The notes: generated by a model from the sequence alone, not told the origin. Positions 35,428 through 48,313 are shown, counted from the first letter of the whole stretch. The stretch is 63,727 nt of DNA, filler included, from Hyphochytrium catenoides (GCA_900088475.1; 10 parts of 10 records of this genome joined end to end with filler, not necessarily neighbours in it); one strand, 5' to 3'. Made by a program: numbers and translations.

Positions 35428-35741
35428 GGGAGAGAAGGAGAGAGACAAAGCGAGTCTCTCTGCTCTCGCCGTGCTTGCTCTAAACCTCTCGATACCCTCT
35501 CACATCTAAGCTTCGGTCTCTCCTACGCTATCATCGTCTCTCCTTTTGGTCGAGACAGCTCCCTCTCCCTATTGTCTCTCTCTTCCTCTCTCTCTCTCTA
35601 TCTCTCTGCTATCGGCCACCTGTAGGAGAGGCATCGTATCCCATCTCTCTCCCTTACAAGCAACGTCCCTGGAGCAACGCCGCCAGCAGAGAAAGGTGTA
35701 TCGCTAAGGAATGTTGTCAATTATATTACTGCTCCTCCTCC

Positions 35742-37396
35742 TCAAGGCTGGACCTTGGCTGGAGAGTTGAACACTTCCGAGAGAGCAGACTTGAAGGTGT
35801 CGATGTTATAATCAATGAGCCCTGGGCAAGAGAGAGAGTCAGCGTTGGCGCCAAACAGAGAGCGCTTGCCACGCAGAGAGAGGAAAGCATAGTGACTCTC
35901 CATGGCAGAGCTCAAGGCACTTTGAAGAGAGTGAAGGGCCTATCATTACCTTGCTTGTGGAAGTTCTCGTCGCGGATGAGGCCGACCAGTGCCAGATAGC
36001 TGAGTGGTTGCAAGGGAAACAAGGTGGTTTGTTGGTTAGAATGAGTGAGAGACAGGTGGATGGCACGTTAACCTCCATTGCGGAGTGAAAGCGCGCTCAG
36101 GTCACATACTTGCTGACTTCTCTCAAGTAGAGGATAAGCCCATTGTTTAACCTGATAAACAGATGACGATGGTCAGAGATGCGAAGCTCTTGTCCTTTGT
36201 GTCAGGACTTTCTTTCCCTTCGAGGGCCGTTCCCTGGATCGCTTACCGGATGACAGAGCTCGATTTGGAGTCATAGGCAAGTCCTTCTCCTTCGTTATCA
36301 TCCTTCAGTCTGAGGCAGAGAAGGAAAGGGTTACATCTCTCACAAAGCCACAGAACGAAGGAAGTAAATCTTTGGCAAGGACAGACTCTGAGATGAGGAC
36401 AAAGGACTTAATTCAGAAGAACAGTCAGCTGACAGCTGGGCAGAACAGAATAGAGAGAAGAGGATAGGGATGGAGGGAGGAAGGAGACGGTGTACCCATA
36501 TATGCAGGACACATCGATCACAACGTCAATCATATCGCTACAGAGTTCATAAGACTGCATGTCCACGGGGTTGCTGTCTGTGGCGATATAGATCTTGCTG
36601 ACGACATCAAAAATGAAGGACTTTTCCATGTTGCAGTGCTAAGAACAGAAGAGAGCAAAAGAGCAACCAAAAGAGTCAGAGCGATAGGAAGAGAGCCGAT
36701 GTGATGAGAATAGAATGTAAGGCAGAGCAACAGAGAGAATGACGGCCTGGTCAGACTATGGAGGCCTTGACAACCCTCACTGCTGGCCGAGGAGACCCAC
36801 TCATGATTCCCCGTTCGTTGATTTTCCTCGACCGTTAGGAACTTTCTACTTTATCCCGGTCTAATGTTGCGTAGCTTGGCACACCCTACGCTCTCCAGCT
36901 CAACACCTTCACAGCCGACACTCCATCTAGGGCGCTACGTACCGAAATGAGTGTGTTAAGAAGATTCTCAAGCGTTGGGAGCTGTGGGATGAGCTTCTGG
37001 ACAACCTTACTGAACGCCTCAAATATGCTGTGGTCGTAAATGCTGCGATCCAACAACAGCCGATGAAGAGGGTGAGAGAGAGAGAGAGAGATTAGAAGCC
37101 ACTTGGAAGCAGGGCAGGTGGATCAGTTCAGGCTGGATTGGAACTTTAGAGCACAGCCACGAAGAACGCTCTAGGGGACAACCTCTACAGCCGTTTGAGA
37201 AGAGCTACGTGTGAGAAGAGCAGAGTATGAAAAATGGAGAAGTGGCGACATGCTAAGATCAAAACCGAAGTTACACTTTTGCTGCTATACTGGGTTTCCA
37301 TTGCCCTTGTGACAGCTTCCTCCTTTCTCATAATGTTACCTCGTCAAGCTATAGCCGATGCTGAGGTCCACGTTCTCCTCTTGCAACTCCTCCGTG
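35742..37396 (-). CDS. RRAGC: Rag GTPase C/D (Gtr2), 3' part, 7 exons visible
   Basis: [88 protein letters not shown]; all GT-AG and in phase. RagC vs RagD cannot be distinguished. Confidence 0.93.
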
Positions 37397-37496
37397 NNNN
37401 NNNNNNNNNNNNNNNNNNNNNNNNNNNNNNNNNNNNNNNNTTAATTAATTAANNNNNNNNNNNNNNNNNNNNNNNNNNNNNNNNNNNNNNNNNNNN

Positions 37497-37527
<31 letters not shown>

Positions 37528-37673
37528 AAATGGTCATTAAAAGGTCAAGAGAGGAAGAGAGCGAGGTGATGGGGAAGGAGAGAGAGAAATACTGCCAGCA
37601 TGGAGAGGGAGAGAGAGAGAGAAAAAGGAAATGGCAGAGAAAGGAAGGGACACAGGAGTGACGAGAGAGAAAG

Positions 37674-37710
<37 letters not shown>

Positions 37711-37714
37711 TTAC

Positions 37715-38570
37715 CTAGTCATTGCAAAAGGCTCAACATTTTCTAGACCAAACCCTGAGCAGAGGGCCGCTGCCCGAGCGAGACGTTTAAGAGAAAGAGG
37801 GAGAGAAGAGAGAGAGAGGGAAAGATACGAAGAAGAAGAGAAAGGAGTGGACGAGGCTTCGACTCTTTCTCTGTAGAGTTCAAAGAGAGAAGCGATCTCT
37901 CTCTCACTGAAAATGACAGGGGGGGGGAGGAACAAGAGAAGAGAGAGAGACAGAAAGAGAGAGAAAGAGAGAGAGAAAGAGAAAAGTAAGAGACACTCAC
38001 ACAGTTGTCGGCCGGCGCTTATTAGTAAGACCGGCAGAGGAAAGAAAGAGAGGAAAGAGTGAAAGAAGAAGAGGAGAGACAGAGGGAGAGAGAGGATAAC
38101 GGAACGAAAGAAGAGACAGCAAGAGAGAGATAGAGGGAAAAGAGAGAGACAGAGGGAGACGGAGAGAGAGAGAGAGAAGAAAGCAAAGAGGAGGACAACG
38201 CAGAAGGACGGAGACGAAAGCAAAGAGAGAGAGAGAGTGTGTGTGAGAGAGAGAGAGAGAGCCACCACGAAGAGTAAACAGCGAGAAAGAGAAGGAGAGA
38301 AGAGAGAGGAACAAACCTGAGGATGTCCTTGAAGCGAAAGACGGTAGGTCGCGAGGAGAGAAGCTCCGCGGAAGAGAGGAAAGGGCAGGCGCTGGGGAGA
38401 GAAGAAAAGAGAGAAGGAGGAGAAGACGAGGAGAGAGAGAGCGTGTCTACTTTCTCTCTCTCTTCTCTCTCTCTTTCTCCGTTGCTGCTCTTGCTGAAAA
38501 GGAAGAAGGAGAGGAAGAGGAGACCGAAAGAGAGAAAGATGCTGCGCTCTCTCCCTTTGCCCTCTCCCAT
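37715..38570 (-). CDS. Prolyl 4-hydroxylase-like 2OG-Fe(II) oxygenase, 5' part; exons 38570-38317, 37906-37715
   Basis: N-terminal TM (SIFLSFGLLFLSFFLF), ELLSSRPTVFRFKDILS|EREIASL resembles LSxxPxxFxxxxFLSxxE, and LKRLARAAALCSGFGLENVEPFAMTR resembles the segment before the catalytic HxD, which lies beyond the scaffold end. Confidence 0.62.
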
Positions 38571-38711
38571 AGCGTCGCCCACCAGAGAACAAACTGAAGG
38601 AGAGAAACGGAAAGAGAGAGGCGATAAAGAACGAGAGATTTATTTTTGTGGAAGAAGAAAATGATAGGGAGATAAGAGACACACACAGAGACAGAGACAG
38701 AGAGAGAGAGC

Positions 38712-38761
<50 letters not shown>

Positions 38762-39174
38762 GGTAGAAGAGAAGAGAGCGCAGATGAAGCAAAAGCTTTG
38801 TCACTGTTTTGTGGGAGGAGAGAGATAATACTATTTCTAATAATAAGGGAGAGAAGAAGAACGCGTGATTAGTCTGCGCGAGCGCGAGAGAGAGGCGCTA
38901 AGTTGGGGAGGAATTTGGTCGATGAGTTGAGGAAGATGCAGCAAAGGAAGAGGAGGAGCGAGACGACGATGATGAAGCTTCTTGAGCAGTGAGAGGCAGA
39001 GAGAGAGAGAGAGAGAGAGACAGAGACAGAGAGAGAGCGAGAGAGAGAGAGAGAGAGAGAGCAAGGGAGAGACGAGACGACGATGATGAAGCTTCTTGAG
39101 CAGAACAGAAGGAGAGCGAGAGGAGGGAGAGAGAGAGGAGAGAGCGAGAGAGAGAGCGAGAGAGCGAGCGAGCG

Positions 39175-39212
<38 letters not shown>

Positions 39213-39349
39213 AGAGAGAGANNNNNNNNNNNNNNNNNNNNNNNNNNNNNNNNNNNNNNNNNNNNTTAATTAATTAANNNNNNNNNNNNNNNNNNNNNNN
39301 NNNNNNNNNNNNNNNNNNNNNCTCTCTCTTTTCTCCCTCTCTCTCACTC

Positions 39350-39384
<35 letters not shown>

Positions 39385-39711
39385 TGCCCTCTCTCTCACT
39401 CGTCCCTTTCCGTCTCTCCACTTTTCAATCTTTCCCCCTCCTGCCTTCCTCTCCCTCCAACCACTCACGCTCCAATCTCTCTCCCCAGCATCTCACACCA
39501 TTCCTTCCTCATTCTATCATAACCCTCCTTTTCCTTCTTCTCATCAGCTTCTGCACTTCCCCCTCTGAAGAAGGATGATGTCATTGGTCTCTCTTCTCAG
39601 TGCCATCTCGTCTTCTGTTCCGGTTCTTCCTTCATCCGATGGCAGATCTCTTTCTGATTCCGATCCTGTCCCCGGGAATCGTCTCTTTGTCTCTTTTGGG
39701 CAGCTTCGGGG

Positions 39712-39747
<36 letters not shown>

Positions 39748-40434
39748 AAAACTCTCTTGGTCTCTCTCTCTCTGACGCTTATCCTATCTCTCCCTTCTCC
39801 ATCAGGTCAGATGGCGTCAAGAGGGATGACATTCCTATCATATGGGCGGTTTCTTTGCTCAGCATTCTTTCTCTTCTCTCTCTTCTCTCTTCCCTCTTCC
39901 CATTCTTTTCTCTTTCTCTCTCTTACATGGTTGACGGGGGCAGTTTCTCCTTCTGTTGACCCCTTTCTCTGTCACTAGCGGCGCGTGCTTCATTAGCCGA
40001 TGGCGGGGGAGAGGATCATAGGAAGGGAGGGAAGCCTGCTATAGTTTAACTTCCCTTAGATTATTCCATCTAATAAGAGGCGCATAATGCATTTAACTAT
40101 ATCAGTCTTTCAAGCTCAGCTTGTCCTCATTTCGCATACTATTCTCCCGGCTGACCCTTCCTCTCCCTGGCTGCGCTGTCTTACTCTCTCCTCTTCTTTC
40201 TTTCTCCTTCTCCCTTTCTCTCTCTCTCCTTCTCCCTTTCTCTCTCTCTCTCCTTTGTAGTCTCTCTCTCCCTCTTCTTTTCACCCCTCCCCATCAATCC
40301 TGGCCGGGAGGACACACTTTCGAATCTTCCTCCACAGCAGGAAGACGATGCTTTTCCATAGCTAGAGGGAAAGAGATCCAACCTCTACCCTCTTTTCTAT
40401 TGCTTCCTGCTTTGTATCATCAAGCAGAAGAAAG

Positions 40435-40844
40435 ATGCGGACTCTACCTTCCTTGTTCTCTCTTCTTTGGCTTGTATCTCTGCTCTCTCTCTCTCTTCTA
40501 TCAGCAGTTGGGCACGCTCACTCGTCCTCTCACTATGGAGAAGACGACCTTATCTTAGGTGAAGAGGCCCTGCAGCATCACCTCGATGGCTGCACTTGTG
40601 CCTCTTTTGCTACGGAGGAGAAAGACCAAGAAGGAGAGAGAGAGAGAGAAAGAGAGGTCACTTGCTGCACTCTTGTCTGCACTATCTCCTACGGTTATAA
40701 AGACGGGCAATGTAGGAAAGACCAACGATTTGGAGGCGGACGAGTCTGTCAGTGCTTCAATGCGCTCCCTCCTCCAATCACAAGCCAGACTCCTACTTCT
40801 CAGCCAATCCCAAGCTCCTCGATAACCTCTCAGCCAATAGCAAG
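40435..40844 (+). CDS. Secreted cysteine-rich defensin-like protein with P/S/T-rich tail, 3'-partial
   Basis: Signal-peptide-like N-terminus, 8 Cys arranged CTC...CCTLVC...GQC...CQC, then PPPITSQTPTSQPIPSSSITSQPI. Confidence 0.65.
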
Positions 40845-41038
40845 NNNNNNNNNNNNNNNNNNNNNNNNNNNNNNNNNNNNNNNNNNNNTTAATTAATTAA
40901 NNNNNNNNNNNNNNNNNNNNNNNNNNNNNNNNNNNNNNNNNNNNCCCCCCCCTCTCTCTATCTCGCCCCTTTCTCTCTCTCGCCGCTCTCTCCTCTCTCT
41001 ATCTCCATCTCTCTCTCTATCTCTCTCTCTTTCTCTAG

Positions 41039-41241
41039 TCATCACCCATCTCGCCGTCTTGGAGTTCCTGGTGACAACCTTCCGAGAGCCGCGGCGTCTC
41101 TTCGACCAGCCGATCGGTTCTCTCCCGATCGGGAGCTTTCAAGGTCTGAAGGTGGCGAGAGAGAGCACGCCGCTGATCGAAGTGCTTCATATGATTGTAG
41201 AGAATAATCTCTCCTCCATTCCCATCGTTAATGAACAAGGT

Positions 41242-41273
<32 letters not shown>

Positions 41274-41879
41274 AAGTGTGTGCGCAAGAGAGATAGAGTG
41301 TATTTTGGACAGAGATAAATGGGGAGGGGGGGAAGGGAATAGGGAGAGAGAGGGGAAGAGAGAGGCCCCAGGAGCAAGGAAAGAGAGAAGAGACAGAGAG
41401 ACGGAAGGCGAGGGAGCACGTGAAGAGAGAGGGAGACAGAGAAGGGGGGGGGAAGAGAAGAGAGATTGAGAGAGAGAAGGGGGAAGCGAGAGAGAGAAGG
41501 GGAGAGATTGAGAGAGAGAAGGGGGAAGCGAGAGAGAGAAGGGGAGAGAAAGAGAGAGAGAGAAAAAGAGAGAGGTAAGAGGTTATTAGTAGAGCAAAGA
41601 GCAAGGTTGCTGTCTCTCTCTGAGGTACTCGCGTAGAGGAGATATAAAGGAGGCGTCACAGGAACACAGAAAGAGAGAGTAAACGGCAGAGCCCGGGAGA
41701 GTGTGGGGAAGGACGAAAGGGCGCGAGAAAGAGAGCAAGCACCTGACAAAGGAGAGAAACAGACAGAGGATGAGGGAAGAAAGAGAGATGACTTCTATCG
41801 AAGTGAAAAGTGCACAGAGAGAGACGCTTATACTCAACAAAAGGGAGAGAGTCGTCTAATAGCGAGACTGGCTCTAACT

Positions 41880-41925
<46 letters not shown>

Positions 41926-42379
41926 TCTCTCCCTAGGCTGCGTAACACACATGTACAGCTGTGGCGACGTGACGGTAAGCCCACTCTTTAATCTACTTGT
42001 CTCTTCCAAAGACCCATCTCTCTCTATTTGCCTCTCTCTTTCTCTCTCTCTCTCTCTCTCCGTGTCTCTCACGTTGGCCTCTCTTTCCTGCTTTGTTCTA
42101 ATAGTTATGGAAGCACTAGAAGAGAGGCACTAATCGATTCCCTCCTCTCTGTTTCCCACATTCTCTCTTCCGGATCTATTCCTTCCCTTCTTCTTCTCTC
42201 TCTCTCGCTCTGTCGTTCTCTCTTTCCCATTCTCTCTCTCTCTCTGTCTCTTTCTTCTGTTCCCAGGGACTAGCCCGGGATGCCGCTCTTACTCAGTTAG
42301 ATCTACCGGTAGCAGAAGTCCTTAGACAACAGGAAGCAGAGGCATGTTTATCTATCTCCTTTCTTCCTCTCTCTCTCTT

Positions 42380-42439
<60 letters not shown>

Positions 42440-43015
42440 GCTTTTCGTAGATCTTTTTTGTTTTTCAAGTCTTATCTTCCCTGTCACGTCCTCTCATTTA
42501 TTTTATCTCCTCAGCCTTCTCGTTCTTTCACATAGCTAGCCGTCTCTCTTCTCCTCCTACATCTATTTCCTCTTCTTGCTCTCTCTCTTTTTCTCTCTCT
42601 CTTTTTCTCTCTCTCTGTCTATACATCTTACCGCCTTCCGCTCTGTCTATATCTAGGGCATTGCCATTGAAGGGCTGCACACCTGCTCGCCAGACGAGAC
42701 TCTGCATCATATGTTCGAGCGCTTCGCTTCTCTAAAGGTAAGACCCTAGGTTGACGGACCTTGAGAGAGAAAAAGAGAGAGAGGGAAGAGAGAAAAACAG
42801 AGAGAGAGGCAGATAGGGAGAGAGAGGGAAAGAGAGAGGGAAAAGAAGAGAGAAGGAACAGTGACGTAGGCACCCAGGGTTTGTTGAAGGGAGTAGTGCC
42901 ATAGGCAGGAAACGAGGTCAAAAAACAGAGAAAGAAAGAGAGACGAGCCGCAAACATTTCTCCTTCTCACCTTCTTTCTCCTTTCTCGTTCACCTCCACT
43001 CCTCCCTGTCACCTT

Positions 43016-43085
<70 letters not shown>

Positions 43086-43208
43086 TCTCTCTCCTCTCTC
43101 TCACTGTTTCTCTCTTCTCAGGTGCACCGGTTGGTCTGTGTGGACACATCGAACAGGCCACTTGGCATTGTCTCCCTGAGTGACCTCTTCAACTACTTTC
43201 TTGACTAG
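41039..43208 (+). CDS. SNF4: AMP-activated kinase gamma subunit (SNF4/PRKAG-like, CBS domains), 3' part, 5 exons
   Basis: ITHLAVLEFL, LPIGSF, TPLIEVLHMIVENNLSSIPIVNEQG, EGLHTCSPDETL, KVHRLVCVD...GIVSLSDLFNYF*. Confidence 0.88.
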
Positions 43209-43216
43209 GACCAACC

Positions 43217-43248
<32 letters not shown>

Positions 43249-43472
43249 CTCTCTCTTTTCGGTGTTTCCTTCTCCCTTCTCTCCCTACGCCTGCTCAGCA
43301 CCTTACCTATATAGCCCCTTTCTGTTAAACCCTACCATTCTCTTCTCTTCTCTCTCTTTCTCTCCGCTGATCTCTTGTCTTCACGTGCCGATCTCTCCTT
43401 CTCTCTGCTCCCTTATCCCCGTCATGGCATTCGACTACCTTCTGTTCCAGCCTCTCCCCTTTTCCCTTTCTC

Positions 43473-43527
<55 letters not shown>

Positions 43528-43690
43528 CTGTCTTTCTGAGGGCCTAGTTATGTAGGAAGAGAGTGGGAGGCATGAGTGTCCGTCATAAGGCTAATATTAT
43601 ATTTATATTACTCCCTCCATCCTGTTCGACTTACCGAGAAGACAAAAAGCAATCTCCTCTCTCTCTCTCTTTCTCTGTCTCCATTGTAAG

Positions 43691-45906
43691 CTACTTCTTC
43701 CTACAGCAGCGGAAGAGACTTGTGCATCGTGTCCAGCATGTCCCACACCAAGAGAGAGGAGAGAGCGTACATCCTTTTCTTTCACCTTCTTCTTCTTCCT
43801 TTTTCTGAAAAGAAGATTCCTCTTCCTCCCCTTCTCTCTCTCCCTCGTCCCTGCTCGTGTTTGCTGTGTAGGAAGAGCGCTGAGGTCCTAAACTTAAGGC
43901 TGCCGAGAGAGAGACAGCGTTCTCTCCCTTTTGAGGAAGAGATTCTTTCTTAAGAGACACTCCAGCTTTCTCTTCTTTCTGTTCCTTGCGCTGTCTCTCC
44001 TGCTCTTCAAAATCTTCCTTGCCAACCTTCCCTCTCTCTTTCTCTTCTACGACGACTGGCTGCAGTATCGCCGGGGAAGAGAGAGACGGAGGCGGTGGCG
44101 GGAGAGTGATAACGATGGGAGAGGAAAGAGAAGAGGGCTGCTCAACTCCTTTCTCTCTCTGATCTTCTCTCCGTCTCTCTTCTATCGCTGTAAGTCCTGG
44201 GAGGAGAGAGAGGGAAGGAAGAGAAGAAGAGGAAGAAGAAAGAGAATGTGTCTCTCCTAAGTGCAGGTCAGGCAAAGAAGAAGGCGCCTCAGTGCTCCGC
44301 GAGGGAGAGCTGTTCGGCGTACTCTGTCTCTCTCCTAAATGGCTCCGAGCCCTCGCCAACTGTGGAGATGAGAGAGAGAGAGACCGACAGACAGCAAAAA
44401 ACCGAAAGAGAGAGGGAGAGAAGGGGGAGAGAAAAAAAAAGAGCGAGCGAGAGCAAGAGAGAGACGAACGAAGAAAGACAGAAGAGAGAAAGGCAAGAAA
44501 GGTTGATGTGAGCATTCCTGTTGAGGCAAGACACAGAGCGGCGGGCGTGTCGAGGGACTAGAGGCGAGGCCAATGGAAGACGTTTGCAAAGACTTCCGGT
44601 GTAGATTAGAGGGGAAGGAGAGAGACAGAAGGGTTGACGCAGAAGAGGAAGGGAATACTGAAGAGACGAAAAGAGAACAGGCGACTGAAACATAGAACCG
44701 GCTAAAACAAGAGACAGAAGAGAAGGGGAACGCGAAAGAAGAGAAAGAGAGAGTGGAACAGGGGAAAGGAGAGAGAGAGAGAGACGGAAGAAGACAGAGT
44801 AAAAAGTTCAGGGATTACCTGTTTTGCCATCCTAACTTTCAGCTTAGCCATGAAGAAAATATTTCTCACAGGCGTGAAAGCTCTGGATATCTCCTCTTTC
44901 GAGACAGAGACCATCTCAGGCTCTTTCAAAGATCTGCCAGAGCTTTCCACATACTCTGCAATCTTCAAGAAAGAGTCATTCTTGAGCTCTTGAATGGAGA
45001 TCCGCGTCTTCGGATCTCTGTCTAGCATCCTCAACAACAATGTGCGGCATCCCTCAGATATTTCTTCTGGAAAGGTTATCTCTTGCGTCCTGATGGCCTC
45101 GATCAGTCCTTCCATTCCTCCTGCTTGGGGAGGAGAAGGGAAGGGAACTCGATGGAAGAGAAGAGAGAAGAAAGTGATGCCCAGAGCCCATACATCGGCA
45201 GCATAAGCGTTGAACTCTTCTCCTGTCGTACACTCTGGGGCCATAAAGTGCAGAGTTCCCTCTGTATGCTTGAGAATCCCCGTCTTTCTCCCTTTCATCT
45301 CTCTCTCTCTCTCTTTCTCTCCCTCTCTCTCTTCTCCTTTCTCTTCCGAAAAGAGATGCGCCACGCCAAAGTCGGCTATCTTATGCTCTCCCGACGGAAG
45401 AACCAGGATATTTTCGGGCTTGATGTCTCTGTGCGCAATGTTATTTGTATGGAGATACTCCAAGCCCATAATAACATCACAGAGCACGTTTGCCGCCGCT
45501 CTCTCTCTCGATATTCCTGATCCTGGCGGCTGCAGCCTCGGATTTGGTACATATCTGAAATGTTCGTCGTCCCAGTCCATGATTTGTCCAAGCTCCACAT
45601 ATTCCAGGACCAGGACGAGCTTATCCTCGTTAGGATCGTCGATAACTTCGTAAAGACGGACTAGATTCGGATGATCCAGCTTCTTCATGATGGCGATCTC
45701 CATCTCCACCTTGGATAATGCATTCGTAACCACCATTTTGCCGTCCACGAACTTAAAGTCTCTCTTTCGCTTAAGGAGAGACTTGTTCACGATTTTAAGG
45801 GCGAATTTGTTCTTGACCTGGGTGGTGAGGTCGAGCTGCTCTGCGAGGTAGACCTTTGGTAGAGAATAAGAAAGAGAGACAGAGAGAGAGAGAGAGAGAC
45901 AGAGAC

Positions 45907-45961
<55 letters not shown>

Positions 45962-46073
45962 AAGAGAGAGCGAGTGATTAATAACGAAGACGGGGGGCAA
46001 AATGGGAAGAGAAAAGAAACGTGGTGAACTAGGACAAATAAGGACAAGAGATACTATAGAAAACGGAAGAGAA

Positions 46074-46119
<46 letters not shown>

Positions 46120-46868
46120 AAAAAAGGAGCTGGAGACTTGAAGAGGAAGGAAATGAAGAAGGTAGAAGGTCAACAGCGAGAGCGAAGCTGGGAACGTGAT
46201 GGTATGACGGAAGGCGAGCGAGATCCTGAGAGACAGAGTGAACGACGGGAGGTGGTGAAGAAGGGAAAGCGGGTCAAAGAAGAGAGAGAGACACAAAGAA
46301 AGAGACACATACAGAGAGGGAGAAAGAGACAGACACACAAAGAGAGAGACACAGACTAACAGAGACAGAGAGGAGAGAGAGACCCAAGTCAAAGAGAGAG
46401 AGCTAGGGAGACGTGAGAGAGAGAGAGTGAGAGAGTGAGAGAGAGAGAGAGAGAAGTGAGAGAGAGAGAAAGAAAGACAGATCAAACCTGTGAGAAGGAC
46501 CCTTTCCCTATGGGCCTGGTGATGATATAATCATTGATTTGAATCGTGTTTCCATCTTCGTCCATCTCTACCTCAGCCCGAGGAGTCTCTCTCACGGGAG
46601 AGGAGCTGCCACTTCTCTGGAGAGAGCGAGAGGAAGTAGAAGAACAGAGGTCCAACACAAAGCCTTCTCTTCCTTTCTCTTTCTCTCCTTGTTTCCTTTC
46701 TCCTCTCTCCTCTTCTCTCTCTTTAGGAGTCTCTCCTTCTTCTAATGCTCCCTCGGTACTGGCAGCATGGGAAGGGGGAGGAGGAGGAAGAAAGGAAAGA
46801 GGAGAAGGAGCGAGAGAAGAGGAGAGAGGCGCTGTTGCCGTGGCTGAAGTCTGTTCCTCCTGCGCCAT
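43691..46868 (-). CDS. CaMKK/GRIK/Sak1-family Ser/Thr kinase; exons 46868-46488, 45853-44819, 44359-43691
   Basis: INDYIITRPIGKGSFSQV, ALKIVNKSLL, EIAIMKKLDHPNLVRLYEVIDDP, HRDIKPENIL, DFGV, GTLHFMAPE, DVWALG; the EIAIMKKLDHPN/EVIDDP signature is CaMKK-type. Confidence 0.9.
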
Positions 46869-47001
46869 CGTACTGAAGAGTATTTCTCTCTCTCTTCTCT
46901 CCCCGGGAGTGTTTTTGTCTCAGGACTTCCTTCTCTCTTCTACGATTGCCACAGGTGCAGAAGACATACACCGTCCTATGCGTGTGAGAATAGAAAAGAA
47001 A

Positions 47002-47056
<55 letters not shown>

Positions 47057-47466
47057 GAAGAAGGATACAACTCTACAAAAAGCTTCTCGCTTATGGACAA
47101 GGAGGGAGAAGAAAGATTCAGAGCCCTTGACAAGATTGAAGAAGAAACGCTATTGCAACGGAGGAGAGAGGGAGAGAGAGACTCTCGGAAGATGAAGCCA
47201 GGGGAGAAAGAGAGAAGAGAGAGAAAGAGAGAAGGGGAAGATGGAAAAAAAGAGACTTTGCCAGAGCTAGCGCATCCCACAGAAGAGACAATCGCCTGAG
47301 GAAAAGATTGTGAGAAATTGTGAGCTGGGGCGCGGGAGAGAGAGTGGGAGAGGCTCCTGTAGTAGTGTTGAAGGGGAAGTGAAAAAGGGAATCTCCGGCA
47401 AGGGACACCAGTGAGACACCGAGAGGAAGGCAGAAGAGGAAGGGAGGTGAGGGAGGTAGGTGAGAA

Positions 47467-47535
<69 letters not shown>

Positions 47536-47562
47536 AGAGAGAGAAAGGGAGGAAGGAGGGAG

Positions 47563-47597
<35 letters not shown>

Positions 47598-48272
47598 TTT
47601 ATTGAGAGACAGAGAGAGAGAGAGAGATAGAGAGAGAGAAGGGATATTTAGAGACAGCGAGAGAGAGGCCGATTGAAAGACAGCAAGAGAGAGAGCAGGA
47701 GAGCGAGGAAGAGGAGAGAAACAGAGAGGAGGAGGAGGATTGAGAAGAGGTAGAGCCAAACCTCCATCTCAGTTCCAACTGGCTCTATCCTCTTCTTCCT
47801 TGCTCTGTCTCTTCCGCTTTCTCTTTGTCTCTCTCTCTCTTTCTTTCGTCTCTCTCTTTGCTTCTCTCTTCCTCCCATTTACTCTGTGATCTGTCTCTCT
47901 CTGTCTCGGGGTCATCTCTCTCTCTCCTCCTCTCTGTCTTCTCTTTTTTCTACCTTACCCTGATCCTACCTGCAGATATTCCGCCTAACCACATCACAAG
48001 GGAAGGATACTAGCCATGTAACCCCCACTCTACCTGATCGTACGCCGAAAGATCAGAAGGCCTCGTAACACTTTTTGTGCCAGAAGAGTGATCTATCAGG
48101 CTCCGCATAGTAATCAATAAAGAAACTAGCAACATTCATTCCATGATTATCACAGGATGTGGAGCTGGGACGACCGGTAACGCTATTTCCATGCGAAGAG
48201 GTGCAGACAGACGCAAATCTTCGTCACTTTCTAAAAAAGGCTCTCCTCTCTCCTCTCTCTCTTCCCTCTTCA

Positions 48273-48313
<41 letters not shown>

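Larger units (their letters stand above)
2313..40944. other. Nine artificial scaffold-joining linkers N44-TTAATTAATTAA-N44 at 2313-2412, 5388-5487, 6641-6740, 15186-15285, 16675-16774, 25205-25304, 37397-37496, 39222-39321, 40845-40944
   Basis: Identical 12-mer with stops in all six frames, always centred in a 100-nt N block; genes are truncated at these points. Confidence 0.97.

Noticed and set aside
2357-40900. TTAATTAATTAA palindrome repeated nine times as a biological motif or insertion site
   Set aside because: Always centred in a 100-nt N block; it is an assembly concatenation linker.
46723-47299. MGCASSGK myristoylation-like start for the kinase, and the opposite 68-aa ORF at 47093-47299
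   Set aside because: The start codon is GTG, the frame is not the kinase frame and runs into microsatellite; an ATG at 46868 explains the gene. The plus ORF has no support.
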